Below, piece after piece: positions 44,722 through 55,450 of a stretch of DNA of 64,000 nucleotides. The notes under the pieces were generated by a model that was not told where the DNA came from, searched no databases, and saw only the letters and a program-made list of their open reading frames with translations. Position 1 is the first letter of the stretch; each line of letters starts with the position of its first letter. A program made the position numbers and the translations under genes. Source of the DNA: an uncultured virus (IMG/VR IMGVR_UViG_3300025132_000002) (lineage: Duplodnaviria > Heunggongvirae > Uroviricota > Caudoviricetes); the IMG/VR virus record IMGVR_UViG_3300025132_000002; one strand, given 5' to 3'.

Positions 44722-45003
44722 ATGTACACGTTAGATGCTATGGATATGTCTGAAATAAGTTCAATCATAGCTGAGCTGCATAAAGCTTCTAAGACGCACA
44801 AAAAGCAAGCGCACAGATTGCAAGCTATCTACGATCGGTGTACTGGCGTTGAAGCGCCTAACGTGCCCCCCGGTGCTCCGCATATGCGTCCTGTAAAGGA
44901 ACACGGGCACAAAAAGCCTCATATGAAAAGCCACTACGGTAAGCCCTTGCATCATGGCGAGGAAGACATTATAACCATAATCGCGCTTTACGCAGACGAA
45001 TGA
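44722..45003 (+). CDS. His-rich small protein
   Basis: I.EL.KAS..H..QA..L motif; AAGGAG RBS. Confidence 0.6.
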   Translation: MYTLDAMDMSEISSIIAELHKASKTHKKQAHRLQAIYDRCTGVEAPNVPPGAPHMRPVKEHGHKKPHMKSHYGKPLHHGEEDIITIIALYADE

Positions 45004-45010
45004 GGTAAAT

Positions 45011-46531
45011 ATGGCCCAGTCTCCAATGTCGAGAGTCCGAATTCGGCATCATGCAGCTAGACGTTGTGCGTTCAGGGCCTTATCTCAGAGACAGTTAGAC
45101 GATCTGAATGAAGAGATCGACAACGCATTAGCTATGATGTCCGCTGATTGTGTGGAAGCTTTTGCGTTTGATCCTGTAGAAATAGACGTAATGCAGTTGT
45201 ACCGGCTTGATAACTATTCTGCCGGTGTCAAAGCTGTTGCGGGTTTACCTACAATCATTCAGAATAGAATGTTAGAGATAACCGATGCCGATGGCACGAC
45301 CTTATCTCATGCTACTTGGTCTCCCGCCGTAGATGGTACGTGGGATGGTCGTATGTGGTTACGTATCACTACGGGCGGTGAGACTTACATACTTCAATCT
45401 AGAGAGTGGTTTACTGCGGCTGTAAATCAAGTTTTGGGTTATTATGTTTCGTTAGTCGAACCACTGCCTTTTGCTACTACCGCAGTTATTACTAAAGTTG
45501 AAATATTCCAGAGGCATTTGTGGTTTCCTGGGGACACTACTTATGTAAAGTCTATGGGCGCGGACTCGGGCTCGTTCTTTAACGCCATCACTGAAATAGA
45601 CCCTGCTACGGCTAGACATAGAATGTCAGTAGTTAGGGACGAAATAGCAGCAGGCGATGTGCATAACATTTGGCGTGACACTAGGTTTAACCTTCCCGCA
45701 CCGCTAAGAGAGCCTAAAATCACATTGCACGGCAGCTCTACCTGGGCCGGTAATAGGTTTCCTAAAGGTACATTTGAATTTTGTTTTACCTATGTGTGGG
45801 GGCGAGTAGGTAACTTAGCGAGTGGCAATAGCTCCAGAGGAATATTTAAGCCCCTATGGGAGTCTGCTCCAAGTCCGCTGGTTAAGCATATTATGACGCT
45901 CAATGGTAACGAAGCCTTAAATATACAAACTACTAATATAGATGCCCAGCTTGGCTTTTCCCATCCCGATCTTAACGCTACACCATGGGAGGGTAAAAGC
46001 GGTATTCGCATTCGTATTTATGTCAGAGTTAAGTCTTTATTAGATAGCGGAGATTTAAGGTTTAGAACTGTTGAAGCTTCAGACCGTTTTTTGTTGCTCC
46101 AAGAGATTGAACCCACCGCTGTGGTAAGTACAAACTATGCCGTGTACACATGGGATGGTACGGCTATCCCTGATTACGAAACACTGCTGAAACCCGTTCC
46201 CGGCTATTTTGGGTATGCTATGTATCCGCAGCCGCTTACTGACCGCGTTTTAGACTTTACTATCCGCCGTATGCCCCACCAGCTTCAAGATGATTCGATG
46301 GTTGTGCATATGCACCCAGACGGTCGAGAAGCCCTGATACAGCTAATCGTATCCGCTATTAAACAGGCTGACGGAGACGCGGGGGGATCGCAGCTTTCAA
46401 AGCAGGAGTATTTACGCCTTGTCGATGGTCTACGCGCCCGATACGGTAATCCTGGCGCATTTGGCTTGCCCCGAGGAATGGGGGATGACTACGCGCTTAC
46501 AACCGAGCCTGTAACTACTTTTGCAACATAA
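45011..46531 (+). CDS. Putative head-tail adaptor (tail tubular A-like, with insertion)
   Basis: N-terminal helix L...I.NAL, YPQP and C-terminal helical pattern; position before the nozzle-like gene. Confidence 0.5.
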   Translation: MAQSPMSRVRIRHHAARRCAFRALSQRQLDDLNEEIDNALAMMSADCVEAFAFDPVEIDVMQLYRLDNYSAGVKAVAGLPTIIQNRMLEITDADGTTLSHATWSPAVDGTWDGRMWLRITTGGETYILQSREWFTAAVNQVLGYYVSLVEPLPFATTAVITKVEIFQRHLWFPGDTTYVKSMGADSGSFFNAITEIDPATARHRMSVVRDEIAAGDVHNIWRDTRFNLPAPLREPKITLHGSSTWAGNRFPKGTFEFCFTYVWGRVGNLASGNSSRGIFKPLWESAPSPLVKHIMTLNGNEALNIQTTNIDAQLGFSHPDLNATPWEGKSGIRIRIYVRVKSLLDSGDLRFRTVEASDRFLLLQEIEPTAVVSTNYAVYTWDGTAIPDYETLLKPVPGYFGYAMYPQPLTDRVLDFTIRRMPHQLQDDSMVVHMHPDGREALIQLIVSAIKQADGDAGGSQLSKQEYLRLVDGLRARYGNPGAFGLPRGMGDDYALTTEPVTTFAT

Positions 46532-46545
46532 AAACTAAAACGAGC

Positions 46546-47025
46546 GTGACTATAATGCCTAGAATCGAGCGGCCATCCCCTTTAGATATTTTTATCTGTA
46601 TCCGGTCAGGGATCGATCATATTGTCGAGGTTACTCCAAGGATTGAGTATCCCCAGGTTAAGCCAGAGCAGTGGACTGCAATCTTTCCTGATAACTCTAG
46701 AGTTTACTGGAACACACATCAGTGGGCTGCTTTTGATATGTTCCACCCTAAAGGCTGGGTTAAAACTGGTGCGTATTATTACCCAGTCGATTGTGAAGAA
46801 CGCTTCCCACAAGCTCAACCCGATGAAACATTTAAAAACTACGTAGAAAGGCTGAAGCACGCTAATCTCGAAGGTCTTGATCAGCTTAAAGAAGCCCAGC
46901 TTAAAACTATCTTTACTAAGAAGTCAGGTGTGCTGAAGGCCGCTGAAGCTCACAAAGAAAAGATTAAGAAGGCTAAAGCTGCAAACCCTAAGAAAAGCTA
47001 CCCGCCTCTCGCGCTGCCAGGGTAA
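46546..47025 (+). CDS. Hypothetical protein
   Basis: ORF in the structural operon. Confidence 0.55.
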   Translation: MTIMPRIERPSPLDIFICIRSGIDHIVEVTPRIEYPQVKPEQWTAIFPDNSRVYWNTHQWAAFDMFHPKGWVKTGAYYYPVDCEERFPQAQPDETFKNYVERLKHANLEGLDQLKEAQLKTIFTKKSGVLKAAEAHKEKIKKAKAANPKKSYPPLALPG

Positions 47026-47030
47026 TATAG

Positions 47031-49157
47031 ATGTCTTCCATTGATCGTCAGATAGCGTTTGGGATGAGTACGATTAGATATCGTACCACTCCAGGCAAGG
47101 CTAGTTTACTTGAAAACATGATTGTGACGGACGATGGAACACTTCGATCTATTACGGGGCCGACATTGTACGAGCCCCGTCATGTATTTTCTAAAGCTCC
47201 AGTGGCTCTAGGTACAGTACATGCTATATTTCATGGTTACTTCAATGCCGGCGATAAAGAAATATTAGTTATTCATGCTGGTACTTCTTTATGGTCGCAC
47301 GAAGGAGCTAAAAAAGGGTGGGTAGAACTGAGCATACCCAGATCATTGAGAGACGACTCTGAAAAGTCTGCCTATTCTACCTTTGATAAGTTTGGCGAAA
47401 CTTTAATATTCTCTGATGGTGTCGGGCCTCCAATTGTTATTGATGCCTCTTTACGGTGTATGAATCTTGGGTTTGCCATGATTCCTAACGCTCCTTCGGC
47501 TAAAGGACCGGAAACCGCTACACATTCTAAGTATAATAGTGAAGGCACACAAGGTTATTCTTGGCCTGGGGGTTTAGGTACTCCAGGGGGCAAGCTAGCA
47601 GGAGAAATACCCAACATACTTAAAGGTAGTTGGTCTTGGTGTATACGTTACCAAGATTTTTATGGTAACTATTCGGCGCTATCTCAGGCTTCAGCAGAAG
47701 TTGAATACGGGCCCAAAAAGGCTCAACCTGTTGATAACTTTAGAATGAAATTTATAGCCATGAGCGCTGTAGCAGAAACCACTTCTGTAGGCAGGCCCGC
47801 TACACCTGGAATAAGAAATATATTAAGAACAGGGTTAAAAGTTAAGGGGCTCAAACGCGCAGCAGCTATAGATATTCCTAAAAGCGTGCCCAATAACTGT
47901 AGACGTATTCAGATTGGCCGGACTTTAGACACAGAAAGAAATGAAAATGATTTTTATCTCGTAGCATCTATGGGTTCCGAAGGAGGTACTTTCCATGATA
48001 GTAGATTGGATAGCAGCCTCACAACGGTAATGAAAGAAAACTGGCCCGTGCCTGTTATGACTTCGTTTTTTGTTGATAACGGGCGGCTTATTGTAGCATC
48101 AGGCCCTTACATATACCTTTCTGACCCAGGGTTTGCAGGGACTTTTAATAAAGAAAACAGATTAATGCTTACCGCAGATGGAAAGCAAAGCACTGCTATC
48201 TTTGCTCTAAACGGTAAACGTTATGCAGCTACTAAAACTAGTATAACAGATGTTACAGATTTAACTTCTCCTATTGTGATTTCCACTCTCATAGGTATAT
48301 CTGGGCCTAAAGCTTGGACATACTTGCCTGGAGAATCGGGCATTGTTTTTGTTTCTGAGCCGGGCGTGTTTTCATTATCCAGCCAGGGATTAACTAAAAT
48401 ATCTGATCCTGATGTAAACCGTTTCTGGCTTAATGAAGTTAATAAGGTGCGATTAGATTCTACTGTCGTATGGTATTCTAGAAAGCGGCAAGAAGTTAGA
48501 ATCGCTTTGACTCCTACTAGTGATGTAACTAATAAGCTTATTTTGGCTTACTCTGCATTAGGCTGGCGCACGTATAGATTAGGGGTTGCCGTTAGCTGCT
48601 TTGCCTACATTGAAGATATGGAAGCTGTTGGCGGAAATGACGGGCAAAGTAGAAACGGGCAGTACACAAGTGATGATGTTTATATACTAGAACGTGAATC
48701 AGCTCTTTACGCTCCGCCCGCCCGTCAATCCATATATGAGTCTGACTATATACCCTTAGACGAAGCTTTAGGTTTTGTTCGCGGAAAAGTCCTGACTATG
48801 TTTTTTGGTTTTATTGAATCGTATTCTGGTTCTGCCGCTACTGTAGAATATGAAATAAACTACGACACAGACATTGCCGAAACTCACTCAATGCGTCTGG
48901 ATGATGCTGTGGGCGTTAATATTATGGAAGGAGGCGAGCGCCGTCCTTCTTGGGGCACATTTCTTATTGGTACTGATAACTTCCACGAAAAGCGTAAAGT
49001 CTATAGAAAGGCTAGAATCGATCTAAGCAACGCTAACAGATTTAAATTTACAATAAAAGCCGATTACCCTTTTATGTTAGAGCTGGTGGATTACTTATTC
49101 GAGTTTAATGTCGAGACTATACCGGGAACCCGTGAACTTGACGTAACTGAGGTTTGA
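47031..49157 (+). CDS. Putative tail nozzle / head-closure beta-propeller protein
   Basis: LENM...G.L start, beta-rich, GIVFVS..GVF motif, ~700 aa as in P22 gp10/T7 gp12-like proteins. Confidence 0.6.
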   Translation: MSSIDRQIAFGMSTIRYRTTPGKASLLENMIVTDDGTLRSITGPTLYEPRHVFSKAPVALGTVHAIFHGYFNAGDKEILVIHAGTSLWSHEGAKKGWVELSIPRSLRDDSEKSAYSTFDKFGETLIFSDGVGPPIVIDASLRCMNLGFAMIPNAPSAKGPETATHSKYNSEGTQGYSWPGGLGTPGGKLAGEIPNILKGSWSWCIRYQDFYGNYSALSQASAEVEYGPKKAQPVDNFRMKFIAMSAVAETTSVGRPATPGIRNILRTGLKVKGLKRAAAIDIPKSVPNNCRRIQIGRTLDTERNENDFYLVASMGSEGGTFHDSRLDSSLTTVMKENWPVPVMTSFFVDNGRLIVASGPYIYLSDPGFAGTFNKENRLMLTADGKQSTAIFALNGKRYAATKTSITDVTDLTSPIVISTLIGISGPKAWTYLPGESGIVFVSEPGVFSLSSQGLTKISDPDVNRFWLNEVNKVRLDSTVVWYSRKRQEVRIALTPTSDVTNKLILAYSALGWRTYRLGVAVSCFAYIEDMEAVGGNDGQSRNGQYTSDDVYILERESALYAPPARQSIYESDYIPLDEALGFVRGKVLTMFFGFIESYSGSAATVEYEINYDTDIAETHSMRLDDAVGVNIMEGGERRPSWGTFLIGTDNFHEKRKVYRKARIDLSNANRFKFTIKADYPFMLELVDYLFEFNVETIPGTRELDVTEV

Positions 49158-49158
49158 T

Positions 49159-50886
49159 ATGCCCTATGAGTTTCCAGAAAGATATCCCAGAACTAATGAT
49201 ACTATAGATATTGATACACTCAATAAACAGTTTTCTACTATTGTAGAAAATATTACTGGTACTGTGGGTGAACATAACTTAGCTGAAGCAGCTTATACCA
49301 TTGCCGATTCGGCTAGATATAAGATACACTATGCTTCTACCTTATCTCAAATAGGTTTTGGCGGTCCTTCTGGAAGTCCTGCTAAGCACGCTAGGCCCCA
49401 AGAAAAGGTATCTGAATATAGTGGTAGTTATAAAGAGTTACCAAACTCCGGATCGTGGGAAAGAATACAGCAAGTTTCTATACCTTCTTCTGACTCTTTT
49501 AGAGTTTTACATATATTTTCTCATACAAACTACAACTGGACAGGGTACACAAGTGGGTCTAACGCTGACAGCAATATAAATTCAGGCACTTCTTCGTCCC
49601 CCGGCTCACCTGTTGCCGGCAGGCATGAGTTTAGTAATAGTAATAATTGGGGTTTTTACTCAGGAAATTTAGATGATGAAAACCAACCTTATGAGGCTCC
49701 CGGCTTTCAGGTAGCACTTAGAGTTTTGGGCACGCGGTACGGATTAAGCGGGCAAAGGAATGAAACTCGTAAACCTCATATGCCCCTACGAAGCGAGCCA
49801 GAAAATCAAACTTTAGACGCTACTTTTTCGGGCCAGTTCAATGATGATAAGTGGCCGGGTACTCTTAACTACAGAACAAAAGTTGTTAGCGGCCCCGCGC
49901 ACACTACAATGACTGTTGATTTAGTAGATATTGTGTCGCTGCCACCAGGCCCCGCTACCACAGTAGAAGTTATAGCTAAAAGAACTCAGCCCTTGAAGGC
50001 TAAAAAGTATAACTCTGATGATGTTGTGGTATTTTTAAATCGTAACTTATTTGTTGTTTCGTATTTTACTAGTAAGGCAAAAACACGTTCTATATCTGCT
50101 GTGGGTGTCTCTCCTATAAGAAAGGGTGACGCGGCTACTACCACTCAGCTTAACACTAATATTTTACAGAAAATAAAAACTAAGATAGACGCCCTTACAG
50201 CTTCAGACTTTGTGCGCCTCAATCGGTATCATATGGCAAAGCCTTTGGTTGAAACAAACACAGGCAATTTACTTATAGCAGGCCGTAACGCCGTAGAGTA
50301 CTCAGGGGGTACAGGTACCTTAGACATTAAGAATAGATTGCCAGGAGAGACTACTTCTACGTTTGCTAGTGTTGGAACACTAACTGGTGTAAATGGCTGG
50401 ACACCTTTAGTTACAGCTATTGGGGGCTCTACGGAGTTCTTAGCTAGTGTGCCGGGCTCTAGCGGCGCCCCTAACGCTAATACTAAAGGTTATATACTTT
50501 TAACAGGCCATATTCATATTCAAAAGATAGCAAAGAGCAACGCCGGAAATACAGCCTTAACTAATCAAGAATACCAAATGGGTTGTGTAGCTTTATACTA
50601 TAAAACTGCAAGCTCTAGGGTACTAATAAATAATTCAGTGGTGCCCCTTTCCCGTGTTACGTTACCGTTACCCTTAACAGCTAAAGACCGGCTGGCTGTA
50701 CAAAATAATAGCGATAATATTCATGTCCCTCTTATGGCTGTTATAGATACCAAAACAGCTTACGTAGTTCCTAGTATTACAGATTTTGGTATATGCGTGT
50801 CTACCATAAACTGGGAAAACGCAGACGACATAACAGTAGAAGTTAAAAACGCTTCCCTAAACTTTGAATACTATAAGTCTGAGTAA
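49159..50886 (+). CDS. Putative tail structural protein
   Basis: Ser/Thr/Gly/Asn-rich, beta-rich; position. Confidence 0.55.
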   Translation: MPYEFPERYPRTNDTIDIDTLNKQFSTIVENITGTVGEHNLAEAAYTIADSARYKIHYASTLSQIGFGGPSGSPAKHARPQEKVSEYSGSYKELPNSGSWERIQQVSIPSSDSFRVLHIFSHTNYNWTGYTSGSNADSNINSGTSSSPGSPVAGRHEFSNSNNWGFYSGNLDDENQPYEAPGFQVALRVLGTRYGLSGQRNETRKPHMPLRSEPENQTLDATFSGQFNDDKWPGTLNYRTKVVSGPAHTTMTVDLVDIVSLPPGPATTVEVIAKRTQPLKAKKYNSDDVVVFLNRNLFVVSYFTSKAKTRSISAVGVSPIRKGDAATTTQLNTNILQKIKTKIDALTASDFVRLNRYHMAKPLVETNTGNLLIAGRNAVEYSGGTGTLDIKNRLPGETTSTFASVGTLTGVNGWTPLVTAIGGSTEFLASVPGSSGAPNANTKGYILLTGHIHIQKIAKSNAGNTALTNQEYQMGCVALYYKTASSRVLINNSVVPLSRVTLPLPLTAKDRLAVQNNSDNIHVPLMAVIDTKTAYVVPSITDFGICVSTINWENADDITVEVKNASLNFEYYKSE

Positions 50887-50901
50887 GCAGCGGAGACAGT
50901 A

Positions 50902-51714
50902 ATGCCTAACTTCGATCCTCAGTATACGTATGCAGCAGCCGCTATTAGCGCTTCAGGCCATACAGGTAACTTAACTTCTAACCCTCCAGAAAGGGGCCTC
51001 TATACCCTTTATAACGGGTCGTTAGATTCTAATAATCTAAACATAGCTAGCTTTGGATCTTCCGAGCTTCAGTTATCTGAGTATGCAGTATTTGACAAAT
51101 ACGATTGGAGCGGGCCTAGAATAATCTACGACAACACTATTGGGGGGTCGGACACCAATGCAGGATCTCCTTGCGGTCTCGGCTTGCGCTTTATGCTACC
51201 TTCACAAGCAGACGTTGTTCGTTTAGACGTTTGTACTTTTGTGTCTGCTGCAAGAGCTGTTAAAGTTAGGCGTAGCGGTCCCGCCCAGGCATTTATAACT
51301 ACGCAAAAAGCGCTAGAGTTAAAGATAGTTCCATTTTTAGACGGTGCTGCTATAGCCGGAACTACCTATAAGCTCCCTCAAAGTTTTTTTGCCGGCCATA
51401 CTGTTAGCCCTACCTCTACTGCTAGTAGAGGTACTGATAACCACGTAAGCACTTTTGAACACAGATACTCTCAACAGTATAGAAACTCTTATGTAGTACA
51501 GAATTTAGCTAAGGGACTTCATACATTTGAGTTACGTGTCATAATGGAAAGCCCCGGCGCGCTGTTTACCCTTGAAGGCGACACACGGGTAGGTTTAGCT
51601 CTGGGTGCGTTGTTTAAAAATGACGCCTTTGGAGCTGTAGTCCATCAGCGTTTGACGTTTGGGTCAGGGTGCATTACAATGCGGGCATTAGGCTTAAACT
51701 CCCCGAGTACATAA
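50902..51714 (+). CDS. Putative tail structural protein
   Basis: NG.LD..N motif, beta-rich. Confidence 0.55.
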   Translation: MPNFDPQYTYAAAAISASGHTGNLTSNPPERGLYTLYNGSLDSNNLNIASFGSSELQLSEYAVFDKYDWSGPRIIYDNTIGGSDTNAGSPCGLGLRFMLPSQADVVRLDVCTFVSAARAVKVRRSGPAQAFITTQKALELKIVPFLDGAAIAGTTYKLPQSFFAGHTVSPTSTASRGTDNHVSTFEHRYSQQYRNSYVVQNLAKGLHTFELRVIMESPGALFTLEGDTRVGLALGALFKNDAFGAVVHQRLTFGSGCITMRALGLNSPST

Positions 51715-51729
51715 AAAATCGAGGCTAAC

Positions 51730-52557
51730 ATGGCAAACGGAGTGGGCGGCGCGGTCGTATCAGCAGGAGCGGAGCTTGGTACAGAAGAGGTTGCTAAGGG
51801 CCTTTTTGCGGGTGTAGGGGGCGCGGCATTAAAAAGCGGTTTGCTAGCTGGCGGGATCGGTTTAGCCGTGCCTATCGCTCTTAAGGGTTTGATGGCCCTT
51901 ACTCCTGCTGCTATCGCTAAACGCCGGGCGGATAGAAAAGAGCTTAGAGACGCGGAAGAAGACGTAGCTAAAGGTAGGGCTGGTGGCTTTGGGCCTAGTA
52001 GAGCTGAGAGAGAGCGCGACGTTAGAAAAGAAATGCGGGCTTTTGCAAGAGACATGGGTGGCGCAGAAGAAAACTTAAAGGCACAAGAAGCTGCTTTGGG
52101 TTTTGGCCGTTCAGGAGCTTTAGCTGGCGCTAGAGAACGTATTGCTAGGGCTTATGCTGATACTCGCGGTAAGGTTAGAGGCGCGGTTGAAGATCGGGCG
52201 GAAAAAATTGGAGAAAGACGCGAAGCCTTAGCCCTAAATAGACTTGCCGCTGCAAGAGGTCAGGAAGCGAGAAGAATTGCAGCGAATCAACAGTTTGCTA
52301 TGCAGGTTGGTACATCTGCAATCACTTCTGGTTTGCAGGCTGGTATGGCTAAGAAACAGCAGATCGAGGGCGACACCAGAAGAACAGAACAGAATGTCGC
52401 TATGCTTGCTGCTACGGGCGGCCCGGAAGCTGTTGATGCTTACCGGGGATTTTTGAGTGACGCGGCAACGGAAAGAGCGGCAGCGATTGATGCGCAGCAG
52501 AAAGAGCGCGAAAAGAAAAAAGCTGCTAGACGTGGCGAAACCGAAGCGTCAGCCTGA
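51730..52557 (+). CDS. Putative small DNA ejection protein
   Basis: Gly/Ala-rich hydrophobic N-terminus, G.GRSG motif, helical. Confidence 0.55.
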   Translation: MANGVGGAVVSAGAELGTEEVAKGLFAGVGGAALKSGLLAGGIGLAVPIALKGLMALTPAAIAKRRADRKELRDAEEDVAKGRAGGFGPSRAERERDVRKEMRAFARDMGGAEENLKAQEAALGFGRSGALAGARERIARAYADTRGKVRGAVEDRAEKIGERREALALNRLAAARGQEARRIAANQQFAMQVGTSAITSGLQAGMAKKQQIEGDTRRTEQNVAMLAATGGPEAVDAYRGFLSDAATERAAAIDAQQKEREKKKAARRGETEASA

Positions 52558-52588
52558 CACAGTATTAAATCCATAAGGATACGATCTA

Positions 52589-55438
52589 ATGCAAGATTTC
52601 TATAACAGTCTGGTTTTGGCTATGCTCGGTCCACAGGCAAACTCGTCTGATGCCGCCACAGCTTTGAGCCCCCAGATTCTTTATACGTATAAAGCGCTTA
52701 TAGATAATCAAACAAGCTTAGCTAAAGCCTATCGTTCTGCCGAAACTAAACGAAGCTTAGGTGAACTTAAAAATCTTGTAAACATTTACTCTACTGCGCA
52801 AAAAGCGCAAACTGCTGCGTTGGGCGAAATAGCTTCGAGTAGTCGAGTATCTTCACAAAATATTGCTAAGCTTAAAGATGGTGCGCAGAAAACGCTTGAG
52901 CGTGCTACGTCTAAGCAAACTTCAGTAGATGAAGACAAAAGAAATAAGATTATTGAAGCGGGAAAGGCTAACAAGACTTTTAATAATTCTACGCTTGAAC
53001 AAAGTATTTTATACGAAGCTACTATCACCCGTTTTAACAGCACAGATCCCGTAGACCCTGATAACACTAAAGCTTTAGGTACAATTTCTAGTATTTTACA
53101 AGAAGTAGTTGGGGCAGGATTAAGTGAAGGCGACATCGTAGCAAAGGTAAGAGAGTTTACAGCCGGTTCGCCCCTTCAAGAAGATATTGTACAAAAAATT
53201 ATACGTTATAAAACTGCTTATGATGACGTAGGTATATCGACAAAAAAAGCTAGTTCTATGCTGGGCAGTATAGAATCTTATGGAAAGGAGTTGGATGGGG
53301 TGCTTGCGGGGGCACCGGGGTCGAGAGAAAAGATAGACGCAGCTAACAAGCGGCTAGACCTATCGCTTAAAGATTACGGCGAAGTGCTAAAAGTTTCTGC
53401 CGATGCCGCCAGAACTTCGCAGGCAGATACAGCAGCTTTTTATACTGATTACTTATCTGCGTCAGCTCAATACGCTCCTGCGTTAAAAGCTATATCAGAC
53501 CAGATCATTGGAAGAGACACCAGTGGGACGGCTCGTGGTGCCCTTGTATCTGACCCTAACTTTAAGGCTTGGGCTAAAGATAACGGGTACAATAACTTAG
53601 GTTATATGTCGGGCAGTACCTACGTAGAAGGCGCAGATGATACTGACGCTATCTACATATTTAAGTACCAACGTATGAATCCTGATAAGTACCGCCCCGG
53701 TATTCGTAAAGACTTAGGCGATACAGATGATTTGATTGTTATTGAAAAGAAGCCTTCGGAAGAGTACCTTAATAGTCTTATTTCTTTTACTGATTCTAAA
53801 GATGGAAACGCTAAAAAGTATTTAATTAAGTTAGATAACGAAGGGAATAGAAAGTATTTGAAGCAAAATGATGACCTTATGCTTCTTATTGCAAAGGGTG
53901 GCTACCGTATCGATACGGTAGGCGGCGATACTCTTATGTTAGATTTTAGAGGATACGATATTCTTGATGAGACCTCTTACTTATATAAAGCGCTTGAAGA
54001 AGAGGCGGATAAGCCCGGTGCAAAATTTACTATGAAGGGACTGCAAGACGCTTATGCAAAAAATCCTACAAAGATGGATCAAAGTTTATTTAATGCTGTA
54101 ACACAAGGTGAGGACAAAAAGCTTAGCGCCAGAGCAGTTAAAGCTTTAGGCGTAGTTAAGGTTGATATAAACGGTAATGTTATATCGCCAAACTTAGATG
54201 AGCTGACAGATGCTTTAGCTGAAGAAGTTATTAAAAACCCAGACGGAACTGTAAAAGACATAAAAAAACCCGTACTTGCGGGTGAGGTGCCTCCGAATAG
54301 CTTGGATATATATTTTGATAATGACGAAAAGGGCACAAAAGGCATAACCACAATATCTGCAACGACTGAGATGCCCGTAGAAAAAATTGCAGCCCGGCGG
54401 CAAAGGCTTCATGCGGCCCAAAACTTTGGAGAAGAAGGGGCTACGATAACTGCACTAACGGCTGATGGTGAGATTACTTTCGACCCCTCTTCTAAAGAAG
54501 ATGGTTTACGGGTGGTTGATTCTTATAGTCAAGTCCCAGGAGGCCGGGCAGCTATCTTAGCCGGCACCCCAGCCAAAGCGTTAGAAAAAGTTTTTGAAAA
54601 AACAGGCAGAACAGAAAAAGATGAGCTTGCGTCTGAAACAAAGTTTGCAGATAGGCCAACCGAAGAAGAAGTAGAAGCGGAAGAAAAAGAATCTGTATTA
54701 AAATTGCTTAGGCGTACCCCTGGAAAAGTTATAAGAGATAGTATGCGCTTAGACGCTAAAGTAGACGAGATTACGGGGGATGTAGATCCGATATTCACTG
54801 TTGTCCACGGGGCAGCAGATCCTTTACTCGTGGGCAAGTCACGTCGTCGGCAACAAGATCAGCTTGTAGAGGAAGACGCAGAAAAAAGGCTGAAAGATGT
54901 GGTACAAGTTACGGGTACTACGCCTACGTCTAAAGCAGATTTACCCCCACTTCAGCCTAGCCCTGGCCGTACTCGATATCCAAAGTTAAATTTATTTGCA
55001 GATACGAACGTAGTGCCGGCTGGCGTCCAGAGAGATTTGATGGCAGCTTTGCCTATGGGCGTTGATGCACCCTTACCTCAGTTAATGCCTTTAGATTTCA
55101 CGGGCGCTTCTACACAGAGAAGATCAGATGCTTTACCTTCTGCTATCAGTGGGCCTAAAGAGTCTCGCTTAAAAGTTCCTACATCAAGGGGCGAGCTGAC
55201 TTTTCCTTATGATAGAGCTTTTGGGTCTGAGCTAACACCAATGAGTGAGCGCATGGTGGGCCAAACCCCTTCAGGTCTTTTTTCTCCTAATTTTGTCTCG
55301 GATAACTTAGAAACTTTAAAGCTGTTTGATCGTGTCGCGAAAAGGAGAGCCCGTATGAAAGAAATTGAACAACCTAAAAAAACCGCTTCGCCCGATATCT
55401 TTACAGACGACGCCGATAGATTCGAAAACAGAGATTAG
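52589..55438 (+). CDS. Putative internal virion/ejection protein
   Basis: 949 aa, no Cys seen; position. Confidence 0.6.
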   Translation: MQDFYNSLVLAMLGPQANSSDAATALSPQILYTYKALIDNQTSLAKAYRSAETKRSLGELKNLVNIYSTAQKAQTAALGEIASSSRVSSQNIAKLKDGAQKTLERATSKQTSVDEDKRNKIIEAGKANKTFNNSTLEQSILYEATITRFNSTDPVDPDNTKALGTISSILQEVVGAGLSEGDIVAKVREFTAGSPLQEDIVQKIIRYKTAYDDVGISTKKASSMLGSIESYGKELDGVLAGAPGSREKIDAANKRLDLSLKDYGEVLKVSADAARTSQADTAAFYTDYLSASAQYAPALKAISDQIIGRDTSGTARGALVSDPNFKAWAKDNGYNNLGYMSGSTYVEGADDTDAIYIFKYQRMNPDKYRPGIRKDLGDTDDLIVIEKKPSEEYLNSLISFTDSKDGNAKKYLIKLDNEGNRKYLKQNDDLMLLIAKGGYRIDTVGGDTLMLDFRGYDILDETSYLYKALEEEADKPGAKFTMKGLQDAYAKNPTKMDQSLFNAVTQGEDKKLSARAVKALGVVKVDINGNVISPNLDELTDALAEEVIKNPDGTVKDIKKPVLAGEVPPNSLDIYFDNDEKGTKGITTISATTEMPVEKIAARRQRLHAAQNFGEEGATITALTADGEITFDPSSKEDGLRVVDSYSQVPGGRAAILAGTPAKALEKVFEKTGRTEKDELASETKFADRPTEEEVEAEEKESVLKLLRRTPGKVIRDSMRLDAKVDEITGDVDPIFTVVHGAADPLLVGKSRRRQQDQLVEEDAEKRLKDVVQVTGTTPTSKADLPPLQPSPGRTRYPKLNLFADTNVVPAGVQRDLMAALPMGVDAPLPQLMPLDFTGASTQRRSDALPSAISGPKESRLKVPTSRGELTFPYDRAFGSELTPMSERMVGQTPSGLFSPNFVSDNLETLKLFDRVAKRRARMKEIEQPKKTASPDIFTDDADRFENRD

Positions 55439-55450
55439 CAGGAATAAAAA